The notes beneath the pieces are model-generated. The model saw nothing but the letters and a program-made list of their open reading frames with translations. It searched no databases and was not told the origin of the DNA. A program made the translations under genes and the position numbers. A DNA stretch of 64,000 nt from sequence record MZ574431.2, one strand, 5' to 3'. Positions 53,922 to 62,189 of the stretch are shown one piece after another; position 1 is the first letter of the stretch, and each line of letters begins with the position of its first letter.

Positions 53922-54557
53922 GTGGACCGCATCGAATCCGCCACCCGCGCCGTGGACACCTTCGTAGGCGCCACGTGCGCCCCCGCCTCCATGTTCGGGC
54001 ATCTGCGAGACGACGACGCCCGCGACGGCGCGCTCTGCGAACTGCTGCGCAATCTGCGCCACTTCGCCGACACCTACGGCCTGGACTTCGCCGCCCTGGA
54101 CGCCCGCGCCGGCCGGCTCTACGAGGGCGACACCGCCCAACTCGGGACCCTCGTTCTCGACGAGTCGGCCTGGAGCGCCTACGGCGACACCCTGGACACG
54201 CGCCGCGCGGCGATCGCCGCCGCCCTGCTGGCCAAGGACCACGCCGAACCGTCCGCCAGCCGCGAGGAGGCCGAAACCGAGGCCATGACCGATCACGCCG
54301 CCGTCGTCGGAACCGTGATCCGGGTAAACGACATCACCGGCTATTACGGCGAGACCGGGCAAGAGGACTTGCGCCCCCATGACGGCGCCCCGCCCTTCGC
54401 CGTCGTCGTCATGCCCTCGCCGCGCGATGATGTCATCTACTGGAATGACGAGCATCTGGACGCGCGATGGAACGTCGAGCCCGCGCCGGGCGAAACCCGC
54501 CTCTATGGCCTGCGCTCGCTCTGGGTCTTTGGCCGCTCTTTCGTCGTGGAGGGCTGA
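53922..54557 (+). CDS. hypothetical protein (VDRIESA...)
   Basis: GTG start; CELLRNLRHFAD motif. Confidence 0.8.
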   Translation: MDRIESATRAVDTFVGATCAPASMFGHLRDDDARDGALCELLRNLRHFADTYGLDFAALDARAGRLYEGDTAQLGTLVLDESAWSAYGDTLDTRRAAIAAALLAKDHAEPSASREEAETEAMTDHAAVVGTVIRVNDITGYYGETGQEDLRPHDGAPPFAVVVMPSPRDDVIYWNDEHLDARWNVEPAPGETRLYGLRSLWVFGRSFVVEG

Positions 54558-54559
54558 TC

Positions 54560-54703
54560 ATGACCAGCCTGCAACGCGCCGGCTACGAGGCCCAGCGCGC
54601 TGGCGTCAAGTGGTGGCACAACCCGCACCCGTCGGGCTCCCCCGCCGCCTATCAATGGGACGAGGGCCACACCTTCGCCCGCCGTTCGATCACCCCCGTC
54701 TAG
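54560..54703 (+). CDS. 47-aa hypothetical protein
   Basis: AGYEA...NPHPSGSPAAYQWDEG. Confidence 0.7.
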   Translation: MTSLQRAGYEAQRAGVKWWHNPHPSGSPAAYQWDEGHTFARRSITPV

Positions 54704-54715
54704 GAAAGGCCACCC

Positions 54716-55012
54716 ATGACCGAAGAACCGATTCGCCTGCGCTCCGAGCCCGCCAACATGACCACCGTCGCCGTGGGCGGGGTGCTGCTGTACTTCTCAT
54801 ATCTGACCCTGGTGGGCTTCCGCTGCCCGCGCCTGGGAACCGTCGTCAATCCCGAGGGCCGGGCCAAGTCCAAGACCACCGCCGCCCACATGACCCACTT
54901 TGGCCTCAACGCGCTGGGAACGGGTCAATGCAGCACTGAAGAAGACTTTCAGACCCTGGCCATGGGTGCGGTCATGGGTTCGAGCGGCCCTGATCACCTG
55001 TTGCTCAACTAA
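54716..55012 (+). CDS. hypothetical phage protein
   Basis: RBS AAAGG; SKTTAAHM motif. Confidence 0.8.
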   Translation: MTEEPIRLRSEPANMTTVAVGGVLLYFSYLTLVGFRCPRLGTVVNPEGRAKSKTTAAHMTHFGLNALGTGQCSTEEDFQTLAMGAVMGSSGPDHLLLN

Positions 55013-55127
55013 AGACCTCTCCAAGGTCTTGGGCTGTCATCTTCCCGTTAGACTATGACAGCCCAGCCCCCGCGAACACTTCCCAACACTCGAAAACACA
55101 ACCCTGTGTAGAAAGCGATTCCAAGTA

Positions 55128-55190
55128 ATGCGTTTGATCGAAGGCGGCGGCTTCCTGGCTTTGTGCTTCCTGCTGTGGCTGCTGCACTGA
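55128..55190 (+). CDS. possible 20-aa hydrophobic peptide
   Basis: MRLIEGGGFLALCFLLWLLH; weak RBS. Confidence 0.3.
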   Translation: MRLIEGGGFLALCFLLWLLH

Positions 55191-55209
55191 GAAAACTGCA
55201 AGAAGGCTG

Positions 55210-55237
55210 TTGACAGCATCGAGAGCCCATGCGACAA
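55210..55237 (+). promoter_or_regulatory. cassette promoter l
   Basis: TTGACA-GCAT-N9-ATGCGACAA. Confidence 0.8.
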
Positions 55238-55265
55238 AGGCCCATCGCAACCGGAGACCGCCGCG

Positions 55266-55532
55266 ATGGCCACCGACTACGACGATTACGGGCAAGACGC
55301 CTACGACAATTACGAAGGCTCTGTCATTGACGAGGCTTTCGAGCGCAACGCCGAAGACGCCTATGAGGACGACCTGGGCGCCGAAGACCCCGACCTCGAA
55401 TTCCCCGACGAGGAGGACGACGAGGCCGACCTTCGCCGGGCCGAAGGGCTCATGCCCTGGGCCACCCCCGAGGGCGTGGAGCCGGGGCAGTTCCCCCGCC
55501 GCGCCTACGACGACGACGAAATCCCGTTCTAG
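55266..55532 (+). CDS. 88-aa hyper-acidic protein ending in SSB-type tail DDDEIPF
   Basis: 32/88 D+E; C-terminus YDDDEIPF; too short and acidic for an OB fold. Confidence 0.85.
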   Translation: MATDYDDYGQDAYDNYEGSVIDEAFERNAEDAYEDDLGAEDPDLEFPDEEDDEADLRRAEGLMPWATPEGVEPGQFPRRAYDDDEIPF

Positions 55533-55537
55533 CGGGG

Positions 55538-55565
55538 AGGGCCTGGAGCGATCCGGGCCTTTTTC
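55538..55565 (+). terminator. rho-independent terminator
   Basis: GGCCTGGA-GCGA-TCCGGGCC-TTTTT. Confidence 0.75.
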
Positions 55566-55677
55566 GCGCCGGCCAGCGTTAACCTTAACGCGCGCTTAAG
55601 GTTAACCCCGCCCGGACCGTTTTTCGTTTTGGCTGTCGGGCGGGATTTCGTTTTGTCTGTCGAGTGCAAGAAAGCTG

Positions 55678-55706
55678 TTGACACGCATCGCAGCCCCATG
55701 CGACAA
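55678..55706 (+). promoter_or_regulatory. cassette promoter m
   Basis: TTGACA-CGCAT-N9-ATGCGACAA; 36 bp identical to q. Confidence 0.8.
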
Positions 55707-55734
55707 AGGCTCATCACCAACGGAGGCCTTTTTC

Positions 55735-56034
55735 ATGGCCAGCTACGAGATCACCATTTCGGTTGACGTGTCGGTCGAGGACATCGAACTCCTTTACGCC
55801 GCCGCCCTGGCCCGCGCCAAGCAAGAGGGTCAACCCGACGACAACGCCGTCGCCCTGCTGACCAATAGCGACCCGCTGGGCCGCCCTGACGTGCCGTCCT
55901 GCCTCATGATGCTGTTCGATCCGGGCGTGAGCCCTGACGGCACCTCGATCAACAACACCGCCGCCAAGCGCGCGGAGTACGACGAGGACGAGGACATGGA
56001 CGCCTACGAGGAATCCCTGGAGGACGACAAGTGA
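55735..56034 (+). CDS. acidic hypothetical protein
   Basis: RBS GGAGG; tail EYDEDEDMDAYEESLEDDK. Confidence 0.85.
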   Translation: MASYEITISVDVSVEDIELLYAAALARAKQEGQPDDNAVALLTNSDPLGRPDVPSCLMMLFDPGVSPDGTSINNTAAKRAEYDEDEDMDAYEESLEDDK

Positions 56035-56486
56035 GCTATTCCGGCCCCATCACCATCAGCCAAGGTCTGCGCTGGCGCCTCGATAGCTACGGCAACGGCG
56101 CGGCCTATGCCTTCTACGACCTTTCGGCCGGCGCCAGCGTCTGGCTTGAGGGCGACGACGCCAGCGCCTTCCGCGAGGCCCTCGATACGGTCGAGACCCT
56201 GCGTCCGCAAGACGAGCCTGACGAAATCCTGGGTCATCTCTGGGACGAGCACGACTATGGCGCCGCCGCCACGGTGCAGGTTGTCGTCGTGCGCCGGGTG
56301 ATCCGTGAAGACACCGTCATCGCCTTGCGCCCTGGCGAGACCGAAGCGCAAGCCAAGGAACGGGCGATTTTCAATCAATCCTCCCTCAAGTGGGATACCT
56401 ACGACTGCGAATATAGCGCCGACCCCGTCACCACCGAGCCGGCCGCCGAATACGACTATCTGCGCCAACTGCCCGGCGCCATCTAA
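56031..56486 (+). CDS. hypothetical phage protein
   Basis: GTGA overlap. Confidence 0.8.
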   Translation: MSYSGPITISQGLRWRLDSYGNGAAYAFYDLSAGASVWLEGDDASAFREALDTVETLRPQDEPDEILGHLWDEHDYGAAATVQVVVVRRVIREDTVIALRPGETEAQAKERAIFNQSSLKWDTYDCEYSADPVTTEPAAEYDYLRQLPGAI

Positions 56487-56493
56487 GGCCCTG

Positions 56494-56522
56494 GCCCGCC
56501 CTGACCCGGCGGGCCTTTCTTT
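56494..56522 (+). terminator. rho-independent terminator
   Basis: GGCCCGCC/GGCGGGCC + TTTCTTT. Confidence 0.8.
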
Positions 56523-56586
56523 CGCCGATCGCCGTTAACCCTAACCGCCCGTTAGGGTTAACGCCAAAGAAACTACAAGAAAGCTG

Positions 56587-56615
56587 TTGACACGCATAGC
56601 GGCCCTATGCGAGAA
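56587..56615 (+). promoter_or_regulatory. cassette promoter n
   Basis: TTGACA-CGCAT-N9-ATGCGAGAA. Confidence 0.8.
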
Positions 56616-56651
56616 CGTCCCTGCCGCATTGGCGGCCTGGAGACCTATGCC

Positions 56652-57230
56652 ATGACCCGCGATTTCGTTCCGCACGTCATCACCGCCCGCACCATCGACG
56701 GCGCCTGCTATTTCATCGGCGGCCAGACCTATGGCGATCACCTGGGCCACGCCCGCGTCATGACCAAGGACGACGCCGAACGCCGCGTCGGCGCCCTCCA
56801 GCGCCTGGAGCGCGCCAGCGCCGAGACCCGCCGCGCCAACGACCCCCATGAGGACGACTTTTCGGGCGTCTATGGGCTCGCCGTCGTGGCCACGACCTGG
56901 GAAGCCCTGGACAAGGCCGCCGAGGCGGTCAAGACCTGGGAAGAGGCCGACCTTGCCGCCGAGGAGGCTCACGACGCCCTTTATGACGACTATGACCCGA
57001 ACGAGGGCATGAGCGCCGAGGAGATCGCCGCCGAAAGCGCGTGGTGGCGCGAGCAGATGGCCAAGGACCAGCCTTTCGCCCCTGGCCAGTCGGTGACCAT
57101 CACCGATGAGCTTCACCCCGACCACGGCGCCAGCGCCCGCGTCGTCGAAGCCGAGCAATCGGGCTATCTGGTGCTTGCCCTGGGCGAGCGCCTGACCTGG
57201 GGCTTGGCCAAGGGCGTGGCCGCCGCCTAA
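56652..57230 (+). CDS. acidic hypothetical protein (MTRDFV...)
   Basis: RBS GGAG. Confidence 0.8.
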   Translation: MTRDFVPHVITARTIDGACYFIGGQTYGDHLGHARVMTKDDAERRVGALQRLERASAETRRANDPHEDDFSGVYGLAVVATTWEALDKAAEAVKTWEEADLAAEEAHDALYDDYDPNEGMSAEEIAAESAWWREQMAKDQPFAPGQSVTITDELHPDHGASARVVEAEQSGYLVLALGERLTWGLAKGVAAA

Positions 57231-57233
57231 AGA

Positions 57234-57263
57234 AAAAGGCCCTGGCGAGCGCCGGGGCCTTTC
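57234..57263. terminator. bidirectional terminator
   Basis: AAAAAGGCCCTGGC-GAGC-GCCGGGGCCTTT. Confidence 0.75.
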
Positions 57264-57301
57264 GATCGTAAGCTGTGATTAACCCTAACGCCGCCTTAAG
57301 G

Positions 57302-57538
57302 TTAATCCTTGGCCGAGCGCCGATGCGGGTTCGAGCGAAGCCATGTGTCGGCTTCGGTGCGGGTCGAGAACGGCGCCCCGCCAATGCCCGTGGTTCCGTC
57401 ATCCCATTGGATCGTCCAGCCGACCTGAATGACTTCCCAGTCCTGGGAGACGCCGAACGGGATCGTAGCATGGATAGGGATACGGTTATGGGGCGGGCGC
57501 TTGAGTTGGCGCACCCGCGCCGGGATCACTTGCGGCAT
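57302..57538 (-). CDS. 78-aa hypothetical protein, only convincing minus-strand gene
   Basis: own promoter TTGACA-N16-TACTTT (57608-57581), RBS AGGA; GWTIQWDDGTTGIG..PFSTRTEA. Confidence 0.6.
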   Translation of the reverse strand: MPQVIPARVRQLKRPPHNRIPIHATIPFGVSQDWEVIQVGWTIQWDDGTTGIGGAPFSTRTEADTWLRSNPHRRSAKD

Positions 57539-57656
57539 TGGGATTTCCTGTAGGTCAAGCGGAGGCTTGGGCCATCGAGGAAAGTACCACGCCGCCGGCC
57601 CATGTCAAGAACGGCGCCACGGGTCAAGAATCGCGACTCAAGGCGCAAGAAAACTG

Positions 57657-57685
57657 TTGACACGCATCGCGCCGCCATGCGACAA
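57657..57685 (+). promoter_or_regulatory. cassette promoter o
   Basis: TTGACA-CGCAT-N9-ATGCGACAA. Confidence 0.8.
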
Positions 57686-57712
57686 AGGCTCAGCACAACA
57701 GGGACACCCGCC

Positions 57713-58156
57713 ATGAACCTCGAAGACTGGTTTTACCCTTCCTCCGACATCTCCAACTCTGACCAGACCATCGACTCCCGCGACGTCATCAAGCGGGTCG
57801 ATGAACTGCAAGCCGCTTTCGATGACGCCGAGATCGATCCTGATCAGGTGCTCGCCGACGACGAGCTAGACCTGGGCAAGGACGCCGAGGAAATCCGCGA
57901 CGCCGCCCAAGAGCTTAAGGCGCTCAAGGACTTCGCCGAGGAGGGCGAGAACTACGCCGCCGACTGGACGAGCGGCGAAACCCTGATCCGAGAAAGCTAT
58001 TTCGTCGAGTATGCCGAGCAGCTTTGCAAGGACATCGGCGACCTGCCCGACAACATCCCCGGCTATCTGGCCATTGACTGGGAAAAGACCGCCAACAACA
58101 TCAAGGCCGATTACTCCGAAATCGAGTTTGACGGCGTCACCTATCTGGTCCGCTAA
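57713..58156 (+). CDS. acidic ArdA-like antirestriction / DNA-mimic candidate
   Basis: about 40/147 D+E; C-terminal YLAIDWEKTANNIKADYSEIEFDGVTY resembles ArdA C-domain. Confidence 0.55.
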   Translation: MNLEDWFYPSSDISNSDQTIDSRDVIKRVDELQAAFDDAEIDPDQVLADDELDLGKDAEEIRDAAQELKALKDFAEEGENYAADWTSGETLIRESYFVEYAEQLCKDIGDLPDNIPGYLAIDWEKTANNIKADYSEIEFDGVTYLVR

Positions 58157-58163
58157 GGCGAGC

Positions 58164-58191
58164 GGCCGGCGTCCCCTGGGCGCCGGCCTTT
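58164..58191 (+). terminator. rho-independent terminator
   Basis: GGCCGGCG/CGCCGGCC + TTT. Confidence 0.65.
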
Positions 58192-58259
58192 CCCTGGCCA
58201 CGATCGGTTAACCTTAACGCCTGGGGCCAGACGGTTAAGGTTAACGCAAGGCCCTGGCG

Positions 58260-58356
58260 AGGGAACGTCAAGGCCGCGAGCTAGGATTACTCGCGAATGG
58301 CTTAGCCGGCGTCCAGCCGGCGGCGCCTTCGACCACCGCGAGGCGGCCTTGACCCT
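58260..58356 (-). ncRNA. candidate ~95-nt structured ncRNA (four-way junction)
   Basis: perfect 11-bp closing stem 58267-77/58343-53, three inner hairpins, minus-strand TTGACA at 58383-88. Confidence 0.4.
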
Positions 58357-58414
58357 GACAGTCTCGCCCAAGCGCCGCGCCATGTCAACCGATTTCTTAT
58401 GTGCAAGAAACCTG

Positions 58415-58442
58415 TTGACAGCATGTCCGCCCCATGCGAGAA
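58415..58442 (+). promoter_or_regulatory. cassette promoter p
   Basis: TTGACA-GCAT-N9-ATGCGAGAA. Confidence 0.8.
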
Positions 58443-58470
58443 AGCCTCATCATTCACTGGGAACGACCCC

Positions 58471-59130
58471 ATGCCCCGCACCGTCACCAAACAGGTCTAC
58501 AAGTTCACCGAACTGAGCGACAAGGCCAAAGCCAAGGCCGTCGAGTGGTATCGCGAGCTTGAGATGCAAGAAACCGGCTGGTGGGATTACGTCTATGAAG
58601 AGGCCGACCGCATCGCCGACGCCTTCGGGATCACGCTCAATCGCAGCGAAGCCGGCAAGCCCATGTCCGGCCCCGACATCCTGTTCAGCGGCTTCTACAG
58701 CCAAGGCGACGGCGCCTGTTTCCAAGGCCGCTACGCCAGCCCCCAAATCCCGGCCGTGGAGGGCTTCGCCGCCCTCGGGATCGAAGACGACAACCTCAAG
58801 GCCCTCGCCGTGCGCCTGGACGCTCTGAGCGCCAAGACCGGCGGACGCCTGACGACCGTGGTTCGCCACAGCGGTTACTATTATCACGAGTATTGCACCG
58901 CCTTCGAAACCGAACTGACCGACCCTGAAGACGGTTCGGACTTCGACCCCTACGCCTATGACGTGGAGGATGAAAAGGAACTGGTCGACATCCTGCGCCG
59001 GTTCATGAAGTGGATTTATCGTCAGCTTGAAGAGGCCGATGAGGCCCGCCTGTCTGACGAGACGATCACCGAAGCCCTCGCCGACTCCGACTACGAGTTT
59101 GAGGCCAGCGGGGCGCCGACCAGAGACTAG
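58471..59130 (+). CDS. acidic protein of a plasmid/ICE leading-region family (often labelled antitoxin-like)
   Basis: YKFTELSDKAKAKA, FSGFYSQGDGACF, IYRQLEE...SDETITEAL. Confidence 0.65.
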   Translation: MPRTVTKQVYKFTELSDKAKAKAVEWYRELEMQETGWWDYVYEEADRIADAFGITLNRSEAGKPMSGPDILFSGFYSQGDGACFQGRYASPQIPAVEGFAALGIEDDNLKALAVRLDALSAKTGGRLTTVVRHSGYYYHEYCTAFETELTDPEDGSDFDPYAYDVEDEKELVDILRRFMKWIYRQLEEADEARLSDETITEALADSDYEFEASGAPTRD

Positions 59131-59265
59131 GCCAAGACGGCGCCCGGCCCTCCCGCCGGGCGCCGATCGTGGTTAACGCCGTGTCGGGTTTTTGTAACCT
59201 TAACCCTCTGTTAAGGTTAATGAAAAAGGCCCTTTCCGTTAACCACGAATAATGCGAGAAAGCTG

Positions 59266-59294
59266 TTGACACGCATCGCAGCCCCATGCGACAA
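59266..59294 (+). promoter_or_regulatory. cassette promoter q
   Basis: TTGACA-CGCAT-N9-ATGCGACAA. Confidence 0.8.
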
Positions 59295-59320
59295 AGGGCC
59301 ATCGCAACGGGAGACACCCC

Positions 59321-59608
59321 ATGACGAAACAAGCCCCAAAGCGCCGCAAGCGCTACCCGCCCAAGAGCGACGCGGCCAAGGCCCGCGCCGCCGCCAAGAG
59401 CAAGGCGTTTTTCGCCCGCCACGCCCTCAAGGCCACCGAGGCGGCTATCGCCGCCATGGCGGCGGGCGATCAAAAGGCCGTCCAACGCCACGCCAAGGAC
59501 GCCCGGCGCCTCAATCGCTGGATGTGCCACAAGCGCGACATCGCCGCCGCCTTCAAGGCCGTGTTCGACATCCGCGCCGCCGCTCAAGCCCTGCGAACCG
59601 CCGCATGA
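59321..59608 (+). CDS. basic Ala-rich hypothetical protein
   Basis: leader ACGGGAGACACCCC-ATG. Confidence 0.8.
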   Translation: MTKQAPKRRKRYPPKSDAAKARAAAKSKAFFARHALKATEAAIAAMAAGDQKAVQRHAKDARRLNRWMCHKRDIAAAFKAVFDIRAAAQALRTAA

Positions 59609-59820
59609 TCCGCCGCCCCGCCCTCATGACCTGCATCGCCGGCGCCGCCCTCATCCTGTCGGGCGTGGCCGTTTCGGCCGCCAGCGCCCCGGAAAAGCGG
59701 GTTCTCGTCGGTCAATACTGCGACGGCGACCCCGTGCGCCTCTATGGCCTGGAGGACGGCGAGGAAGCCGCCCAAGCCTGCGCCATCGTCGAGGTCCACG
59801 CCCTGCCGAAAGGACTCTGA
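59605..59820 (+). CDS. small exported protein
   Basis: ATGA overlap; signal peptide ending AASA; Cys pair. Confidence 0.7.
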   Translation: MIRRPALMTCIAGAALILSGVAVSAASAPEKRVLVGQYCDGDPVRLYGLEDGEEAAQACAIVEVHALPKGL

Positions 59821-59822
59821 CC

Positions 59823-60281
59823 ATGCCCGGACATCCCGCCTTCGATCTTGATGAGCGCGAAGCCGCCGCCGTCATTGCCGGCCTGCGCCTGCTGCAACGC
59901 ATCGGCGTGCCGGTCGAGCTAGAAGACGTCGCCACCAACGGCGGCGCCTTCGACGTGCTCGATGACACCGCCATCGACGCGCTCTGCGAGCGCATCAATC
60001 TGGACCTGACCACCACGCCGCCGCCCGTGCTGATCGAGAGCCGCGAGGAGCCGGTTCGCGTCGAGGACCTCAAGGGCGGCATGATGTGCGACCTTGAGGG
60101 CGACATGTTCGCCGACAACGCCGGCCGTTACCCCGAATTCGAGTTCGCCTATGCCGTCGTTGTCGAGGTGCAGGTCAACCCGAAGGGCGAGCCGCCTGGA
60201 ACCGTGATCGTCGAGTTCGACAAGATCACCGTGGCCTTTCCCATCGGCCACACCCTGCCGACCATCAAGGACCCGCAATAA
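59823..60281 (+). CDS. hypothetical phage protein
   Basis: EAAAVIAGLRLLQ motif; RBS AAGGA. Confidence 0.8.
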   Translation: MPGHPAFDLDEREAAAVIAGLRLLQRIGVPVELEDVATNGGAFDVLDDTAIDALCERINLDLTTTPPPVLIESREEPVRVEDLKGGMMCDLEGDMFADNAGRYPEFEFAYAVVVEVQVNPKGEPPGTVIVEFDKITVAFPIGHTLPTIKDPQ

Positions 60282-60296
60282 AACGCAAGAAAGCTG

Positions 60297-60324
60297 TTGA
60301 CAGCATAATCAGCCTATGCGAGAA
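60297..60324 (+). promoter_or_regulatory. cassette promoter r
   Basis: TTGACA-GCAT-N9-ATGCGAGAA. Confidence 0.8.
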
Positions 60325-60362
60325 AGGATCGTCAAAGGCGATCCCGCCTCGTGGAGACACCC

Positions 60363-60707
60363 ATGAAACTGGTCAAGTCCAACATCATCGACAACCACCG
60401 CATGACGGCGCTGCGCAACTGCATCACCGTCGCCATCGAGCGCTTTCAAGAGCACGTCGATGAGATGAAGCCGGCCGCCGAGCAATACGAGGCCGCCGAC
60501 GACGCGGGCAAGAAGGCCCTGGAAGCGGCCACGCCCATGGTTCACCCTCGCGTCTATCGCCAGCTTTCCGACCAGTTCGAGGGCCAGATCGAAGAAGCCC
60601 GCAAGCTGCTGGACTGGCTGGACGGCGACGCCTACCAAGACGCCTCGGGCGAGTTCCCCGAAGGCACCGATTTCGTCGTCGTCGCCGGCCTCGTCCGCGA
60701 CTACTGA
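60363..60707 (+). CDS. hypothetical protein (MKLVKS...)
   Basis: leader GGAGACACCC-ATG. Confidence 0.85.
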   Translation: MKLVKSNIIDNHRMTALRNCITVAIERFQEHVDEMKPAAEQYEAADDAGKKALEAATPMVHPRVYRQLSDQFEGQIEEARKLLDWLDGDAYQDASGEFPEGTDFVVVAGLVRDY

Positions 60708-60714
60708 CCAAGCC

Positions 60715-60742
60715 AAGGCCCGCCTCACCGGCGGGCCTTTTC
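60715..60742 (+). terminator. rho-independent terminator
   Basis: AAGGCCCGCC-TCACC-GGCGGGCCTT-TT. Confidence 0.8.
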
Positions 60743-60827
60743 CTCGCCAGCCCACGTTAACCTTAACGCCGCGTTAGGGTTAACGGCGGGCCGGTTTTCG
60801 TTAACCAAAGAAAATGCAAGAAACCTG

Positions 60828-60856
60828 TTGACTGACATCTTGGTTCTATGCGACAA
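60828..60856 (+). promoter_or_regulatory. cassette promoter s (left arm ACAT)
   Basis: TTGACT-G-ACAT-N9-ATGCGACAA. Confidence 0.75.
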
Positions 60857-60883
60857 AGGCCCATCACCAACGGGAACGCTCCC

Positions 60884-61282
60884 ATGACCCAAGACCTGAC
60901 CACCGAAGAACGCAACGCCAAGCTCGCCGAAATGGCCGATCACTGGCGCGAGCAACTCAAGGTCGCCCAGGCTCGCCTTGACATGACCGTGCTGGTCGGC
61001 AAGGGCTTTATCTGCGCCCTGGACCGCGATCAATCGATGGCGATCCGCGCCGATGGTCCCGACCGCTATCGCCTGTGGCCGGTGTCGGCGCACCTGACCC
61101 ACCTCCTCCACTTCACCAAGCTTGACGCCATGCGGGTCGCCGCCCATTGGAACGCGCGCCTCCCCGACGACAAGCAAGACCTGCGAGTGAGCGCCATCCA
61201 CTACCGCGACGCGCTCAAAACCTTCGTGGAAGTGGCCAAGTCGCAAATCGCCTGGATCGAAGGCGGCTGCAAGGCGGCCTGA
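60884..61282 (+). CDS. hypothetical protein (MTQDLT...)
   Basis: leader AACGGGAACGCTCCC-ATG. Confidence 0.8.
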   Translation: MTQDLTTEERNAKLAEMADHWREQLKVAQARLDMTVLVGKGFICALDRDQSMAIRADGPDRYRLWPVSAHLTHLLHFTKLDAMRVAAHWNARLPDDKQDLRVSAIHYRDALKTFVEVAKSQIAWIEGGCKAA

Positions 61283-61441
61283 TCTTGACGCCCTCCGGCT
61301 CCGGCCGGAGGGTTAATTTTTGGCCAGCCTGCATTAACCTTAACGCGCAACCGTTCTCAGGTTAACCTTAACGTGAAAACGGTTGCAGGTTAACCTTAAC
61401 CCCGCCCGCCCAGGCCTTAACCAAACCTCGCGAGAAAACTG

Positions 61442-61470
61442 TTGACTCGCATCGAGGCCCCATGCGACAA
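61442..61470 (+). promoter_or_regulatory. cassette promoter t
   Basis: TTGACT-CGCAT-N9-ATGCGACAA. Confidence 0.8.
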
Positions 61471-61498
61471 GGTGACATCGACAACCGGAGGCCCTTCC

Positions 61499-62155
61499 AT
61501 GGCCAGCCCTGAAGACATCGCCACCGTCCAAGCCGCCGCCGTCTCTTTCGACCTGGAAGCGTGGGAAGCGGAAAAAGGCGAGTATGCCGAGGCTCATTGG
61601 CGTTATCTGAACTACGCCTTTGAAATCGAGACCTATTCGCACATGTTCAGCCAAGCCGAACGCGACGCCGCGCGCCGTCTCATCGAAGAATATGAGACCG
61701 CCCAGACCGACCATCAAGGCACCTATGTTGACGAGAGCGCCGCGCTCATCGCCAGCGCCGACGCCTTCACCCGCCAATATATCGCCAGCGCCCTTTGGAC
61801 CGGCGTCGAGTTGCCCTATGGCGACGACCGCGCCGACAGCGGCGGCGCCTATGACCTCGAAGAGGATTCGATCATCCCCGCCACGCTGCGCGACATGATC
61901 GAAGATTGCGCCACCTTCCAACGCGACAACGCCGACACCCTGGCCAAGGCCTATGAGTCGGACGTGTATATTCAAGGCGAGCGCTACAACGCCAGCAACG
62001 CGGGGCACGATTTTTGGCTGACCCGCAACGGCCATGGCGCGGGCTTTTGGGATCGCGGCCTAGAAGAGGTCGGCGAGGCCCTGACCAAGGCCTGCAAGGC
62101 GTTCGGGGAATACTATCTCGCCATGAGCGACAACGGCGAAATCTCCAAGATGTGA
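61499..62155 (+). CDS. acidic hypothetical phage protein
   Basis: NAGHDFWLTRNGHGAGFWDRG motif; RBS GGAGG. Confidence 0.85.
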   Translation: MASPEDIATVQAAAVSFDLEAWEAEKGEYAEAHWRYLNYAFEIETYSHMFSQAERDAARRLIEEYETAQTDHQGTYVDESAALIASADAFTRQYIASALWTGVELPYGDDRADSGGAYDLEEDSIIPATLRDMIEDCATFQRDNADTLAKAYESDVYIQGERYNASNAGHDFWLTRNGHGAGFWDRGLEEVGEALTKACKAFGEYYLAMSDNGEISKM

Positions 62156-62160
62156 CGATC

Positions 62161-62189
62161 AAGGCCCGCGCTTGACGCGGGCCTTTTTC
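62161..62189 (+). terminator. rho-independent terminator
   Basis: AAGGCCCGCG-CTTGA-CGCGGGCCTT-TTT. Confidence 0.85.

Noticed and set aside
58153-58383. 76-aa minus-strand ORF over the candidate ncRNA
   Set aside because: Its ATG lies inside the putative promoter, it has no RBS, and it runs through a terminator and TTAA element.
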